DNA of 64,000 nucleotides from an uncultured Faecalimonas sp. (GCA_964450635.1 CAYVDA010000001.1:4368-68367), one strand, 5' to 3'; shown: positions 52,341 to 61,522, counted from the stretch's first letter. Made by a program: numbers and translations. Notes: generated from the letters alone by a model not told the origin.

Positions 52341-52877
52341 TTAATCTTCATATAGGGTAAAAGCTGCACGATATCCGGTAAGCAAAATCCACGCAAGGGC
52401 GCATCCGATCACAGCTGTAATCAGCTGCGTCAAGGAAAATGTAGCCTTTACTACGCCGACCATCTTTCCCGGTAAATCTTGCCCAAATACCGGCAAAACC
52501 AGATACCAGACGGACAGCCACAGAAATCCCGCTTTTCCGATGCATCCAAGCACCATTCCGATCTCTTTTTTCCTCCTTGTAAAGAGCCAGATGCAAAGTA
52601 CCAGAATCTCATTTCCGAGCATAATAACCGGAAGCATCAGCGGTATCTGATTGATTACCGGAGTCGCCCCGATAAAATAGGCAATTACCGGCGTTAAAAT
52701 AGCAATACAGGTGCCGGAAAACAGGCCGCAATAAATCGTTGCAATGGCCAGAATACAGTTTACGGCGGAACCGGTTATGTATACGGAAAGGCTCTTTAAA
52801 GCCTGGAACACGATACACATCGCAAGCAGTAATGCTGTTGTGGTAAGTTGTTTGGTTGTTATTCGTTTCATTCTCAT
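52341..52877 (-). CDS. ECF transporter S component
   Basis: TTALLLA, ITGSAVN, VIMLGN and QLITAVIG motifs; about six TMs. Confidence 0.8.
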   Translation of the reverse strand: MRMKRITTKQLTTTALLLAMCIVFQALKSLSVYITGSAVNCILAIATIYCGLFSGTCIAILTPVIAYFIGATPVINQIPLMLPVIMLGNEILVLCIWLFTRRKKEIGMVLGCIGKAGFLWLSVWYLVLPVFGQDLPGKMVGVVKATFSLTQLITAVIGCALAWILLTGYRAAFTLYED

Positions 52878-52942
52878 TCTCTCCTCTTCTCCTAACTTCT
52901 TCCCCATTGTACTCTGTTTTTACAAAAGAAGCAATGAAAAGG

Positions 52943-52979
52943 TTGCGTTTTCTCTGTATTTTTGTTAAAATATTGACAA
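52943..52979 (+). promoter_or_regulatory. Hydrogenase promoter with overlapping Rex-like operator
   Basis: TTGCGT-17 nt-TAAAAT; TTGTTAAAATATTGACAA at 52962-52979 matches the clostridial Rex box TTGTTAA-N4-TTAACAA with one mismatch. Confidence 0.7.
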
Positions 52980-53007
52980 ATAGAGTTTTTTTGAGGAGGC
53001 TAGTACC

Positions 53008-54525
53008 ATGAGAGGTATTTATACGTCAGTAAATGAAATCCGAACTAAAGTTTACGCAGAGATTGCGAAATTATCCTATGACTATGAGGAAGGCAGCGAA
53101 CTGCACCTGGAGCAGATCCCATATGACATCATTCACGGGGAAGCTACAGGCTATCGGGACAGTGTCTTTCTGGAGCGAGCCATTGTGGAAGAGCGCATGC
53201 GTCTTGCTATGGGACTGCCGCTTCGCCCGATTTCCGAACATGCACCGGTATCTAAAGGTGCCGAAGAAGCGATCAAACCTGAAAAATATTACCAGCCTCC
53301 GTTGATCAATATTATTAAATTTGCCTGTCACAAATGCCCGGATAACGTAGTGAAGGTAACAGACGCCTGTCAGGGTTGTCTGGCTCATCCTTGTGCGGAG
53401 GTTTGCCCGCGAGATGCCATCCGGATTGAGAACGGGCGTTCCATCATCGATGAGAGCAAATGTATCAAATGCGGAAAATGTATCGGTGTCTGCCCTTACC
53501 ATGCAATCACTCGTCTGGAGCGGCCTTGCGCCAAAGCCTGTGGCATGAAGGCTATCGGCTCAGATGAACTGGGCAGAGCTGAGATTGATCAAGAAAAATG
53601 TGTATCTTGTGGTATGTGTCTTGCAAACTGTCCATTTGGTGCTATTTCTGATAAAGCGCAGATCTTCCAGCTCATCCAGGCAATCAAGGGCCCGGAACCG
53701 GTCTATGCCATTGTAGCCCCTGCTGTTGTAGGACAATTTGGCCCGAAACTGACACCGCAAAAGGCCCGTTCCGCATTTAAAGCTCTGGGATTCGAGGATG
53801 CGATTGAAGTAGCGATCGGTGCTGATTTGTGTACCATTGAAGAAGCCAATGATTTTATGAATGAAGTTCCGAAGAAATTGCCATTTATGGCAACTTCCTG
53901 CTGTCCTGCCTGGTCTGTGATGGCGAAGAAACTGTTCCCGGAATATAGTAACTGTATTTCTATGGCACTGACTCCGATGGTGCTGACTGCCCGATTGGTG
54001 AAAAAGGAACACCCGGGATGCCGCATCGCCTTTATTGGACCTTGTGCTGCGAAGAAATTGGAAGCTAGCCGGAGAACCATTCGAAGTGATGTAGATTTCG
54101 TTCTGACTTTCGAAGAATTACAGGGTATGTTTGATGCCAAAAATGTGAATTTTGAAAGTCTGGAGGAAATGGACTCCATGCACGGTGCAAGCGGAGACGG
54201 ACGTGGATTTGCCGTAAGCGGCGGTGTTGCTGAAGCGGTTGCCTCTTACATCAAGGAACACTATCCGGATAAGGAAGTGAAGATTGCCAGTGCAGAAGGC
54301 CTAGAAGAATGCCGTAAGCTTCTGACCCTTGCTAAAGCCGGCAAGTATGACGGCTATCTCTTAGAGGGTATGGCTTGTCCGGGTGGCTGCGTAGCCGGTG
54401 CCGGAACCATTCAGCCGATTGCCAAATCCAAAGCAGCGGTGGCAAATGCTAAGAAAACTTCCACCCACGCCCATTCTTCATCGAGCGAATACAAGGATCT
54501 GTTAGATACGTTGATTGAGAATTAA
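53008..54525 (+). CDS. Monomeric [FeFe] hydrogenase (group B-like) with ferredoxin-type 4Fe-4S domains
   Basis: H-cluster motifs TSCCPAW, GPCAAKKLE and EGMACPGGCVAGAG; CxxCxxCxxxCP arrays. Confidence 0.92.
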   Translation: MRGIYTSVNEIRTKVYAEIAKLSYDYEEGSELHLEQIPYDIIHGEATGYRDSVFLERAIVEERMRLAMGLPLRPISEHAPVSKGAEEAIKPEKYYQPPLINIIKFACHKCPDNVVKVTDACQGCLAHPCAEVCPRDAIRIENGRSIIDESKCIKCGKCIGVCPYHAITRLERPCAKACGMKAIGSDELGRAEIDQEKCVSCGMCLANCPFGAISDKAQIFQLIQAIKGPEPVYAIVAPAVVGQFGPKLTPQKARSAFKALGFEDAIEVAIGADLCTIEEANDFMNEVPKKLPFMATSCCPAWSVMAKKLFPEYSNCISMALTPMVLTARLVKKEHPGCRIAFIGPCAAKKLEASRRTIRSDVDFVLTFEELQGMFDAKNVNFESLEEMDSMHGASGDGRGFAVSGGVAEAVASYIKEHYPDKEVKIASAEGLEECRKLLTLAKAGKYDGYLLEGMACPGGCVAGAGTIQPIAKSKAAVANAKKTSTHAHSSSSEYKDLLDTLIEN

Positions 54526-54636
54526 AGAAACCATCCTTATGATATTGTTGGAATTCAAAAATGGCACGATATCCCATGGATGTAAAAAGAGAGCATATCA
54601 TTGATTAGCCGAGATGCGATAACGAAGTATTTATGT

Positions 54637-54672
54637 AAAGTGGCGGTACAGCGAGAGCTGTACCGCCACTTT
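54637..54672. terminator. Strong hairpin, probable bidirectional terminator
   Basis: Perfect 16-bp stem AAAGTGGCGGTACAGC/GCTGTACCGCCACTTT with a GAGA loop, between convergent genes. Confidence 0.75.
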
Positions 54673-54831
54673 GCTTTCCCATCGGCGAAATTACAGTTAT
54701 TTTTTGCTATTAAATTGACTTGAATTTAAGTAATTTCATTTGTAACATCCTAAAACGATAATAAATTGTATTTTCCCATTTATCGTCTTTAATGTTCGAT
54801 TTTTAATAAAATAGTGCTCTCTCCTTTTTTC

Positions 54832-56271
54832 TTATTTTCGATATGGTACGACCAACATGCCTTCTCCCGGTGCCAGTGTACACTGGAATGTATTCTCTTT
54901 GAGCTTTTCGCTTTTTCCTGTCAGACACTCCTTACTTCCATACAACGCAACCTGTTTCATGCCATCAAATTGCAACATAAAGGTACAATCTTCTTCAATC
55001 TCCACGTCGCCTTTATCGTAGAAGTTCACCAGATAATAAGCTTCATTTCCGTCTTTGTCCTTCATCAACGCAACCAACCCCCGATTGGTAGCCGTTACAT
55101 CTGTCAGAACTTGTGCCTCTTCAAGAAGACTTGCGCATCCCATTCTATCAATGGTTGAAAATGCACCTACACTATAATCTTCCTCGTTCTCGGTTACCGG
55201 AGCTGTCAAGACCGTATCATAATGCGCAAATGCCTGCTCTAAAGATGCCGTCTCTGCATTGGCTTTCTGTGCATATTCATACATCTTCACCGGTTTTCCT
55301 TCCCGATCTACCAGTCCACTCTCATACAAATCTCCGCCAAGCGGCACATCATAAACATAGTAGGAATATTGTTTGGCTCCATATGCAAGTGCTACGTTAA
55401 CCTGAAGCCGGATATCTGCTTCTGTAAGCGGATCAAAATTCGCACCGGCTCCCACGCAAGACTGAATAAAATAGTGCACTCCCGCGTCATATGCCTTCGC
55501 TTTTCCCTGCACAATACTATAGTTGCGCAGCCACAAGTCAAATTGGCTACCCTGGAATGGATAGTAATCTACCGAAATAATCCTTGGCCCGTTCTGTCTC
55601 TCTAGCACCTGCTTACAATAGGTCTCCACATAGGTATCGTAACCCCTGGACTGAATCTGGGTATTCATATCCGCATACATTGGAAATAAGTTGCAAAAAT
55701 ACGGAAGATTCGGAAATGCCCGCTGCACTTCTTCTACTTTGTCCCCATAGTCAGCAATGGCCGGCTCCGACGGTTCATCCCCGGCAAACACTCCTACAAT
55801 CTGATCCTCATATTCGCTATAATCGATTGCAAAATCCTGAAATACATTGACTTCCTTGCCTACCCAATTAAAATAAGCACTTCCGTCCGAAAGAAATACA
55901 TAGAGCCCTTTATCTTTGGCAAGTGCCAAGGATTTCTCTGTCATAGTCTCGCCTTGAAACCAATCTGGTTTTCCTATGTAATAACTATGTTCCGCAACCA
56001 GCTGCTCTAGATTCTCCTGCTCCCAGAAATTCTCGATCTCAGCCATATAATTATGATTGGCAAGCATTATGGTATTCAAATTACAAGCTTTGTATAAATC
56101 ATAATTTTCTTCTGTTGGTTTCGGGCACCACCAGGCCGCCCGGTAGATTGCTCCTTTTTTATCATATTCCGGAAGACTCTGATTGACGGATGGGCCGCCA
56201 CAACCAGTCATCAATCCAGTCATCGTCAATACAACGCCCAAAAGACAGGCACATGTTCGTTTTCCTCTCAT
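54832..56271 (-). CDS. Lipoprotein, putative glycoside hydrolase (TIM-barrel-like)
   Basis: Start set at ATG 56271 after GAGGAG; lipobox-like MTGC; GVFAGDEP, NLFP, ISVDYYPF and LAYGAK motifs. Confidence 0.6.
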   Translation of the reverse strand: MRGKRTCACLLGVVLTMTGLMTGCGGPSVNQSLPEYDKKGAIYRAAWWCPKPTEENYDLYKACNLNTIMLANHNYMAEIENFWEQENLEQLVAEHSYYIGKPDWFQGETMTEKSLALAKDKGLYVFLSDGSAYFNWVGKEVNVFQDFAIDYSEYEDQIVGVFAGDEPSEPAIADYGDKVEEVQRAFPNLPYFCNLFPMYADMNTQIQSRGYDTYVETYCKQVLERQNGPRIISVDYYPFQGSQFDLWLRNYSIVQGKAKAYDAGVHYFIQSCVGAGANFDPLTEADIRLQVNVALAYGAKQYSYYVYDVPLGGDLYESGLVDREGKPVKMYEYAQKANAETASLEQAFAHYDTVLTAPVTENEEDYSVGAFSTIDRMGCASLLEEAQVLTDVTATNRGLVALMKDKDGNEAYYLVNFYDKGDVEIEEDCTFMLQFDGMKQVALYGSKECLTGKSEKLKENTFQCTLAPGEGMLVVPYRK

Positions 56272-56375
56272 AGCAAATCTCCTCTGTCTATATTCTTTTC
56301 CTAGTATACCATTTCTGTCCACCCTTGGAAACACTTTCTTTTTCCTGCATATGTTAGTATTGTAAAATGTAAATA

Positions 56376-56407
56376 GAAAGGCAGGGACTAAAATCAAGTC
56401 TCTGCCT
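56376..56407 (-). terminator. Terminator after the SGNH hydrolase gene
   Basis: AGGCAGAGACT...AGTCCCTGCCT stem followed by TTCT on the minus strand. Confidence 0.6.
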
Positions 56408-56420
56408 ATATATTTCTCTT

Positions 56421-56972
56421 TTATAAATGTTTGCGAATTGCCTCTAATACTTTCTCGCTGCAAATCTCGATTCCAAGTTCATTCAAATGCAACTGGTCTT
56501 CGCAGATACCGTCTACATCATGGTCTTCCATCGCTGCAAATAAATCGTTGATCTCGACGCCCATTTCCTGAAGCTTCGGTACTACTGCCGCATTGAATTC
56601 CCGTACTTTTGCAGTTCTGGTATAGTTATAATCCGGATTGGTCGGTGTAGTGGTTGCGAAGATTACTTTCGCTCCGGTTGCTAACAAGATCTTCGCAATA
56701 CGAGTCATTAATTTTACATAATCTTCAACCGGTGTAAATGTACCGTCATCGAACAATTCCGTACAATCCCACAGACCATTATTCCAGTGGATAACATCTG
56801 CTCCCTCGATGTTGGCTTTTTCATCAAAAATCATACGCAATGTATATTGTGCAAATCTGCAGTTGTCTTCTGACTGCCATACATCACAAGTTTCCGAAAG
56901 TTCCTCTGCAACTTTCGCTCCATATCCAATTAAACGGATGGAATCCCCTAATAATACTACTTTCTTTTTCAT
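56421..56972 (-). CDS. SGNH/GDSL hydrolase family esterase
   Basis: LLGDSI, HWNNGLWD, FATTTP and DQLH motifs. Start set at ATG 56972. Confidence 0.88.
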   Translation of the reverse strand: MKKKVVLLGDSIRLIGYGAKVAEELSETCDVWQSEDNCRFAQYTLRMIFDEKANIEGADVIHWNNGLWDCTELFDDGTFTPVEDYVKLMTRIAKILLATGAKVIFATTTPTNPDYNYTRTAKVREFNAAVVPKLQEMGVEINDLFAAMEDHDVDGICEDQLHLNELGIEICSEKVLEAIRKHL

Positions 56973-57003
56973 TGTTTTCTCCTTTTGCTCATAAGCTACC
57001 TTT

Positions 57004-57032
57004 ATTCTACACACATTCCCGATATGCGTCAA
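57004..57032 (-). promoter_or_regulatory. SigA promoter for the SGNH hydrolase gene
   Basis: TTGACG-17 nt-TAGAAT with an extended TG. Confidence 0.6.
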
Positions 57033-57037
57033 TTCAT

Positions 57038-57327
57038 TTAAAGTTTTTTACAAAAGTATTTTCCTAGGAATTGTGCCATGCCAGACGCTGTATGTGAGGG
57101 TGATGCTCCCCGGTCAGCCACTTCCCATCTATCTTCCTCAGTAAAGAGAAAATCATCCGCTGTTTCGTAGTAACCAAATACCAGATATTCTGCCGTCCAA
57201 ATGCTGAAATTTGTCATTCTTTTCCGGTCCAAAAATTCTGTCAGCATCGGCCAGATTTCTCCCAGTCCTTGGCGAAAATGGTTGTATTCTCCTTTTTTAT
57301 TTCCAAAGCAAATCCATGTCTCTTCAT
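57038..57327 (-). pseudogene. L-rhamnose mutarotase-like fragment, frameshifted and 3'-degenerate
   Basis: ATG 57327 gives MKRHGFALEIK; the -1 frame continues GEYNHFRQGLGEIWPMLTEFL...NFSIW...LVFGYYET, resembling RhaM (EIWP, NYSI, LFGY). Similarity is lost after about FTEEDR. Confidence 0.6.
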
Positions 57328-57338
57328 CCTATGTCCCC

Positions 57339-58271
57339 CTACGCCGGCAAGGTAACCGTAAACTTGCAACCCCCGCCACTGATATTGTCCACTTCGATCT
57401 CGCCACCCTCGATCATAACAATCCGTTTTACAAGGGCTAGCCCAAGGCCGTTCCCTTCCTGTTTGTGAGAACTGTCCGCCTGATAAAATTTGTCAAAAAT
57501 ATGAGTCTTCGCTTCCTCTGAAATTCCGGGACCACTGTCTGTAATGGTATAAACAATCTGTTCCCCTTCCTTTTTCAAGGTCATCCCAAGCATTCCGTAT
57601 TCCGGATTGAATTTGATGGCGTTGGCAATCAAATTATCCCAAACATGATGCATAATGCCTTCATTTCCAAAATATTCGATGGCATCTAAGGCGATGTCAA
57701 ACTCAATCTGTTTCTCCGTCCACTCTGCCTCCAGAGCCAGGATGGATTGGCGAATCTGCTCGTCCAATCGATAGACTTGACACTCCGGCGCCACCTCTTG
57801 ATTCTCCAACTTGGACAATAGTAGAATATTACCTACCAGATTCGAGAGGCGTTTGGTATTAAATAAGATTTTCTCTACATATTCTCGCTGCTCTGCATCC
57901 AATTCCTCACATCCTTGCAGTAAGGTGCTATAGCCTTCGATCGCACTTAGTGGAGTCTTTAACTCATGAGATACGTTAGAAACAAAATCAGTCTGCAGCA
58001 CCTCCATTGCCCGACCCAGTTCCTGGGTTGGATTCAAGATATATTTCGACAACAGCCAGGTCACAATCCAGCCAACCAAAAGGCTAAATACCAAAAATTC
58101 AAGCCACACGGGAATATGAATGCTCTTTGGCACGACCGCTTCTAATACCATGGCAATTCCGATGGCCGCCAGCACTCCCAGCATCAATCCAATGGAAACG
58201 ATAATCGTCATCCACATCTGCAAGTTTCGTCGTTTGGTTGGTCGCGTCAGTGTAATTCGTTTCTTTCTCAT
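57339..58271 (-). CDS. Sensor histidine kinase with most of the HAMP domain missing
   Basis: Two TMs, SHELKTP, NAIKF, DSGPG, FYQAD and GLGLA motifs; only about 22 residues between the post-TM Pro and the phospho-His. Confidence 0.88.
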   Translation of the reverse strand: MRKKRITLTRPTKRRNLQMWMTIIVSIGLMLGVLAAIGIAMVLEAVVPKSIHIPVWLEFLVFSLLVGWIVTWLLSKYILNPTQELGRAMEVLQTDFVSNVSHELKTPLSAIEGYSTLLQGCEELDAEQREYVEKILFNTKRLSNLVGNILLLSKLENQEVAPECQVYRLDEQIRQSILALEAEWTEKQIEFDIALDAIEYFGNEGIMHHVWDNLIANAIKFNPEYGMLGMTLKKEGEQIVYTITDSGPGISEEAKTHIFDKFYQADSSHKQEGNGLGLALVKRIVMIEGGEIEVDNISGGGCKFTVTLPA

Positions 58272-58939
58272 AGTTTAACCACCTTATATCCCACACCTCG
58301 CATGGTTACGATCTGAAAATCCGAATTGTCCCGGAAGCGTTCCCGAAGCCGTCCAATGTGGACATCCACGGTATGGGTATCACTGTCAGAATCGTATCCC
58401 CAAATCTCATCCATGAGTTGCTGTCTTGTAAAAATCCGTCCCGGATAAGATGCCATTTTATAAAGAAGCATAAATTCTTTCTGCGGCAACACAGACATCT
58501 TCTTGCCTTCTCGAACAGTCAGAGAATCGCACTCCATCACTGTCTCCCCGATCACCTGTCGTCTTTCATTGATCATCTGCGCCCGGCGAAGAAGGGCACC
58601 TACCCGCAGGACCATCTCGTTGACGCGGATTGGTTTGACCATATAATCATCCACTCCGTAGACAAAACTTTGCCGCATGTCATCGAAGGTGTCTTTTGCT
58701 GTAATCATAAGAACCGGTATCTTATTCCCGGCTTCCCGAAGCATCTGTACCAATTCATTTCCATCTATTTCCGGCATCATAATATCCGAAATCAGCAGGT
58801 CATAATATTCACTCTCCAATGTCTCTAACGCTTCCCTACCATCGGAGACACCGGTGACACTGTATCCATTTTTCATGAGAACGTGGGTATATAATTGCCG
58901 CAGTTCCCGATCATCTTCTGCTACCATGATTTTAAGCAC
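58268..58939 (-). CDS. OmpR-family response regulator
   Basis: AEDD, DIMMP and KP motifs; winged helix TVDVHIGRLR..RGVGY; GTG start at 58939 after GGAGG. Confidence 0.93.
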   Translation of the reverse strand: MLKIMVAEDDRELRQLYTHVLMKNGYSVTGVSDGREALETLESEYYDLLISDIMMPEIDGNELVQMLREAGNKIPVLMITAKDTFDDMRQSFVYGVDDYMVKPIRVNEMVLRVGALLRRAQMINERRQVIGETVMECDSLTVREGKKMSVLPQKEFMLLYKMASYPGRIFTRQQLMDEIWGYDSDSDTHTVDVHIGRLRERFRDNSDFQIVTMRGVGYKVVKL

Positions 58940-59612
58940 GCCCCATGCCTCCAATCTTCTTATTCCATTTGTGGTAAACCAGCCACTCCGCCAGAATGCA
59001 AACCGGAATGGCTGCCAGCACATCCACTGCCGAATGCTGTTTCATAAACAAGGTGGACAGACTGATCAAAATGGCAAAGAATACCACCAGCCCTCTCCAA
59101 CCTTTTGATACTTGTTTTTCCCGAACCCACACGGACGCAATTCCAATGGAGTAAGCCACATGCAAGGACGGACACACATTGGTTGGTGTATCTACTTTAT
59201 AAATAATTCCCACCAGCCAGGTCAGCACATTTTCATTGGCAAACACCTCCGGTCGCATGTCCTGTCTATTCGGAAACAGAATGTAGATGATCATCGCCAC
59301 CACTTGAGTAATCATTATAAAAATCTGTAGTCTCCGGAATCCATCTACGTTATAGAGCAGAAAATAAAGCAAAGAACCTGCTACCAGAACATACCACCCT
59401 ACATAAGGGATGACGAACCATTCACAAAATGGAATCCAATCATCCAATCGACTATGTACCGTATAGCATTGTTCTGCCGGTATCAGATTCTCCGTCAGCA
59501 TATAAGCCAAGAAATAACCAACCCATCCCAGAAGTAGGAACAAGTGTGAAAACCTTGGCTCTCTTATATTTGATAAACGTAATTCCCGATAATCTACTAC
59601 GGGCTTCTTCAT
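58932..59612 (-). CDS. PAP2-superfamily membrane protein (Aur1-like), second copy
   Basis: RP, NVCPSLH and KQHSAVDV motifs. Confidence 0.82.
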   Translation of the reverse strand: MKKPVVDYRELRLSNIREPRFSHLFLLLGWVGYFLAYMLTENLIPAEQCYTVHSRLDDWIPFCEWFVIPYVGWYVLVAGSLLYFLLYNVDGFRRLQIFIMITQVVAMIIYILFPNRQDMRPEVFANENVLTWLVGIIYKVDTPTNVCPSLHVAYSIGIASVWVREKQVSKGWRGLVVFFAILISLSTLFMKQHSAVDVLAAIPVCILAEWLVYHKWNKKIGGMGRA

Positions 59613-59628
59613 GTCCAATTCCTCCAAA

Positions 59629-60384
59629 CTAGCTTTCTACGTCTCTCGGCTTATTCCGATATTGCACAATCTCATGAGGTGGCAAAGACCGGGCCATCTT
59701 GGTAATCTCCTCCATTAAGTATTGTTTGATACGCAGCCGCTCCTTCTCTATGGGTTCCTCCGGGCAAAATGCAATCGGTTTCCCAATATACATCTTCTTT
59801 AACCGAGGCGCATGATACAGCGGCACAAAAGAAAGTGCCTGCTTGGTCTTTCCATAATAGAGCTTCGCAACATCAATGAAATGTTCCTGAAAATCATTCA
59901 CTACCTCATTATACAGCACATCATGTTCCGGGTAAATAACAACCTTGGTTCCTGTTTGCAATTTCTTGATTGTAGTCTTAAAAGTGGACATGATCCGGGC
60001 ATCATGGTAGACACCAATGGTATGAGCGTTGTTAAAAATACATACCGAAAGTGGTGCGATCACATAGGATAGCCCTTTGAAAAACCACCGAATCCATTTT
60101 GGTTGATCGGACCAGAAATCCTTATAAGCATAGGCCGGCACATCCTTCATCTGCATCATCTGACCGGCGCACCAGATCGCCTTTTCTCCCGGAAAATATA
60201 ATTCTGCGGTCACTGGCCCATGAATCTGGGAATGGTTCCCCACAACAATGGCTCCTTCCTCCGGAAGGTTCTCTTCCCCAATCACTTCTACCTTGGGATA
60301 ACAGGTGCGAATGATAAAATGAATACATTTATAGATTCTAGTTGGACGTTTCTTTTCTCTTTTCTGTTTCTTGGTCTTCTGCAT
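59629..60384 (-). CDS. Lysophospholipid acyltransferase-like protein with a non-canonical motif
   Basis: GEENLP, IVVGNH, VIYPE, FVPLY and IGKPI blocks of the PlsC fold; HX4D reads HSQIHG. Confidence 0.7.
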   Translation of the reverse strand: MQKTKKQKREKKRPTRIYKCIHFIIRTCYPKVEVIGEENLPEEGAIVVGNHSQIHGPVTAELYFPGEKAIWCAGQMMQMKDVPAYAYKDFWSDQPKWIRWFFKGLSYVIAPLSVCIFNNAHTIGVYHDARIMSTFKTTIKKLQTGTKVVIYPEHDVLYNEVVNDFQEHFIDVAKLYYGKTKQALSFVPLYHAPRLKKMYIGKPIAFCPEEPIEKERLRIKQYLMEEITKMARSLPPHEIVQYRNKPRDVES

Positions 60385-60472
60385 AGTTTCTCCTACTCTT
60401 TCTATCAATTGCCTATTTTCGCATATAATAGTTAGGATATCGGAGTTTTTTCAATTCTCTTTCAACCAAAAA

Positions 60473-61522
60473 TCAACAATTGTTGAATTTATAGGCCGAA
60501 AATGCAGAAGGAATGGAATATTTCTGTTCCATCTCATCCGGCGTGATAAATAAAAACGGCTCCCGACAGGCTTTTTCTAACTCATCCACCCGAACTTCAT
60601 ATCCTATCATATGCCATTCTACATGACTGAAAACATGTACCGCATCCCCAAGTTTCTTCACCCGCACCGGCATCAAACCGATCTCTTTGGCATAAGCAAT
60701 CACTCTTTTCTGCGTCAAATGGCCTTCCAGATTAGGATACTCATAGAGTCCGGCAAGCAGTCCTTTTGCCGGACGTTTGTGAATAGCCAACTTCTCACCA
60801 TCCCGGAAAAGCAGAACGGTCCGCTTCTCGATTCGCCTTTCTTTTGCTTTGCTTTTTACCGGATAGGCCTTCCAATTATTCTCTTGATAAGCCCGACAAC
60901 AAAATGCCAGCGGACAACTCTCACACTTAGGTCCTCCGTTTGGTACGCAGACCATCGCTCCCAGTTCAATGAGCGCTTGGTTAAAATCTCCGGCTCTGTC
61001 AGCAGGTAGAATCTCTTCTATTCTCTTTTCCATCTTCCTTCTGGTCGAGGCTTTCATAATATCTTCCGAATCTGCCAGAAGTCTTGCCATGACTCGAAGT
61101 ACGTTGCCGTCTACCGCCGGTTTTGGAAGATTGTAAGCAAAGGATGCAATGGCACCTGCCGTATAGGCTCCAATTCCCGAAAGACTTAAGATTTCCTCAT
61201 ATGTTTTTGGAAATTCCCCCTCATATTCCGCCATAATCTGCTGAGCCCCTTTCTTAAGATTTCTCGCTCGATTATAGTACCCCAGCCCTTCCCAGAGTTT
61301 CAAAAGACGATCCTCCGGCACATTGGCTAGTGCTTCCACATCCGGAAGTTCCTCCAAAAAGCGCTTGTAATATGGTTTCACTGCCTCCACCCGTGTCTGC
61401 TGTAGCATAATCTCCGACAGCCAGATCGGATAGGGCTCTTTCGTCTGTCGCCATGGCAGATCTCGTTTTTCTTTCTCATACCATGCTATGAGTGGTTCTA
61501 CAATTTCATACAAATTTCCCAT
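60473..61522 (-). CDS. mutY: A/G-specific adenine glycosylase
   Basis: RDLPWR, SEIMLQQT, WEGLGYY.RA, VDGNV and C..C..C Fe-S motifs; NUDIX-like C-terminus. Confidence 0.96.
   Translation of the reverse strand: MGNLYEIVEPLIAWYEKEKRDLPWRQTKEPYPIWLSEIMLQQTRVEAVKPYYKRFLEELPDVEALANVPEDRLLKLWEGLGYYNRARNLKKGAQQIMAEYEGEFPKTYEEILSLSGIGAYTAGAIASFAYNLPKPAVDGNVLRVMARLLADSEDIMKASTRRKMEKRIEEILPADRAGDFNQALIELGAMVCVPNGGPKCESCPLAFCCRAYQENNWKAYPVKSKAKERRIEKRTVLLFRDGEKLAIHKRPAKGLLAGLYEYPNLEGHLTQKRVIAYAKEIGLMPVRVKKLGDAVHVFSHVEWHMIGYEVRVDELEKACREPFLFITPDEMEQKYSIPSAFSAYKFNNC

Noticed and set aside
54612-54641. dif-like sequence ending TTATGTAAAGT
   Set aside because: Spacer would be 8 nt, the left arm is poor, and gene orientation does not change here.
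56272-56463. N-terminal extension of the 543-aa ORF
   Set aside because: It crosses a terminator, a promoter and the end of the SGNH gene; the RBS and signal peptide support ATG 56271.
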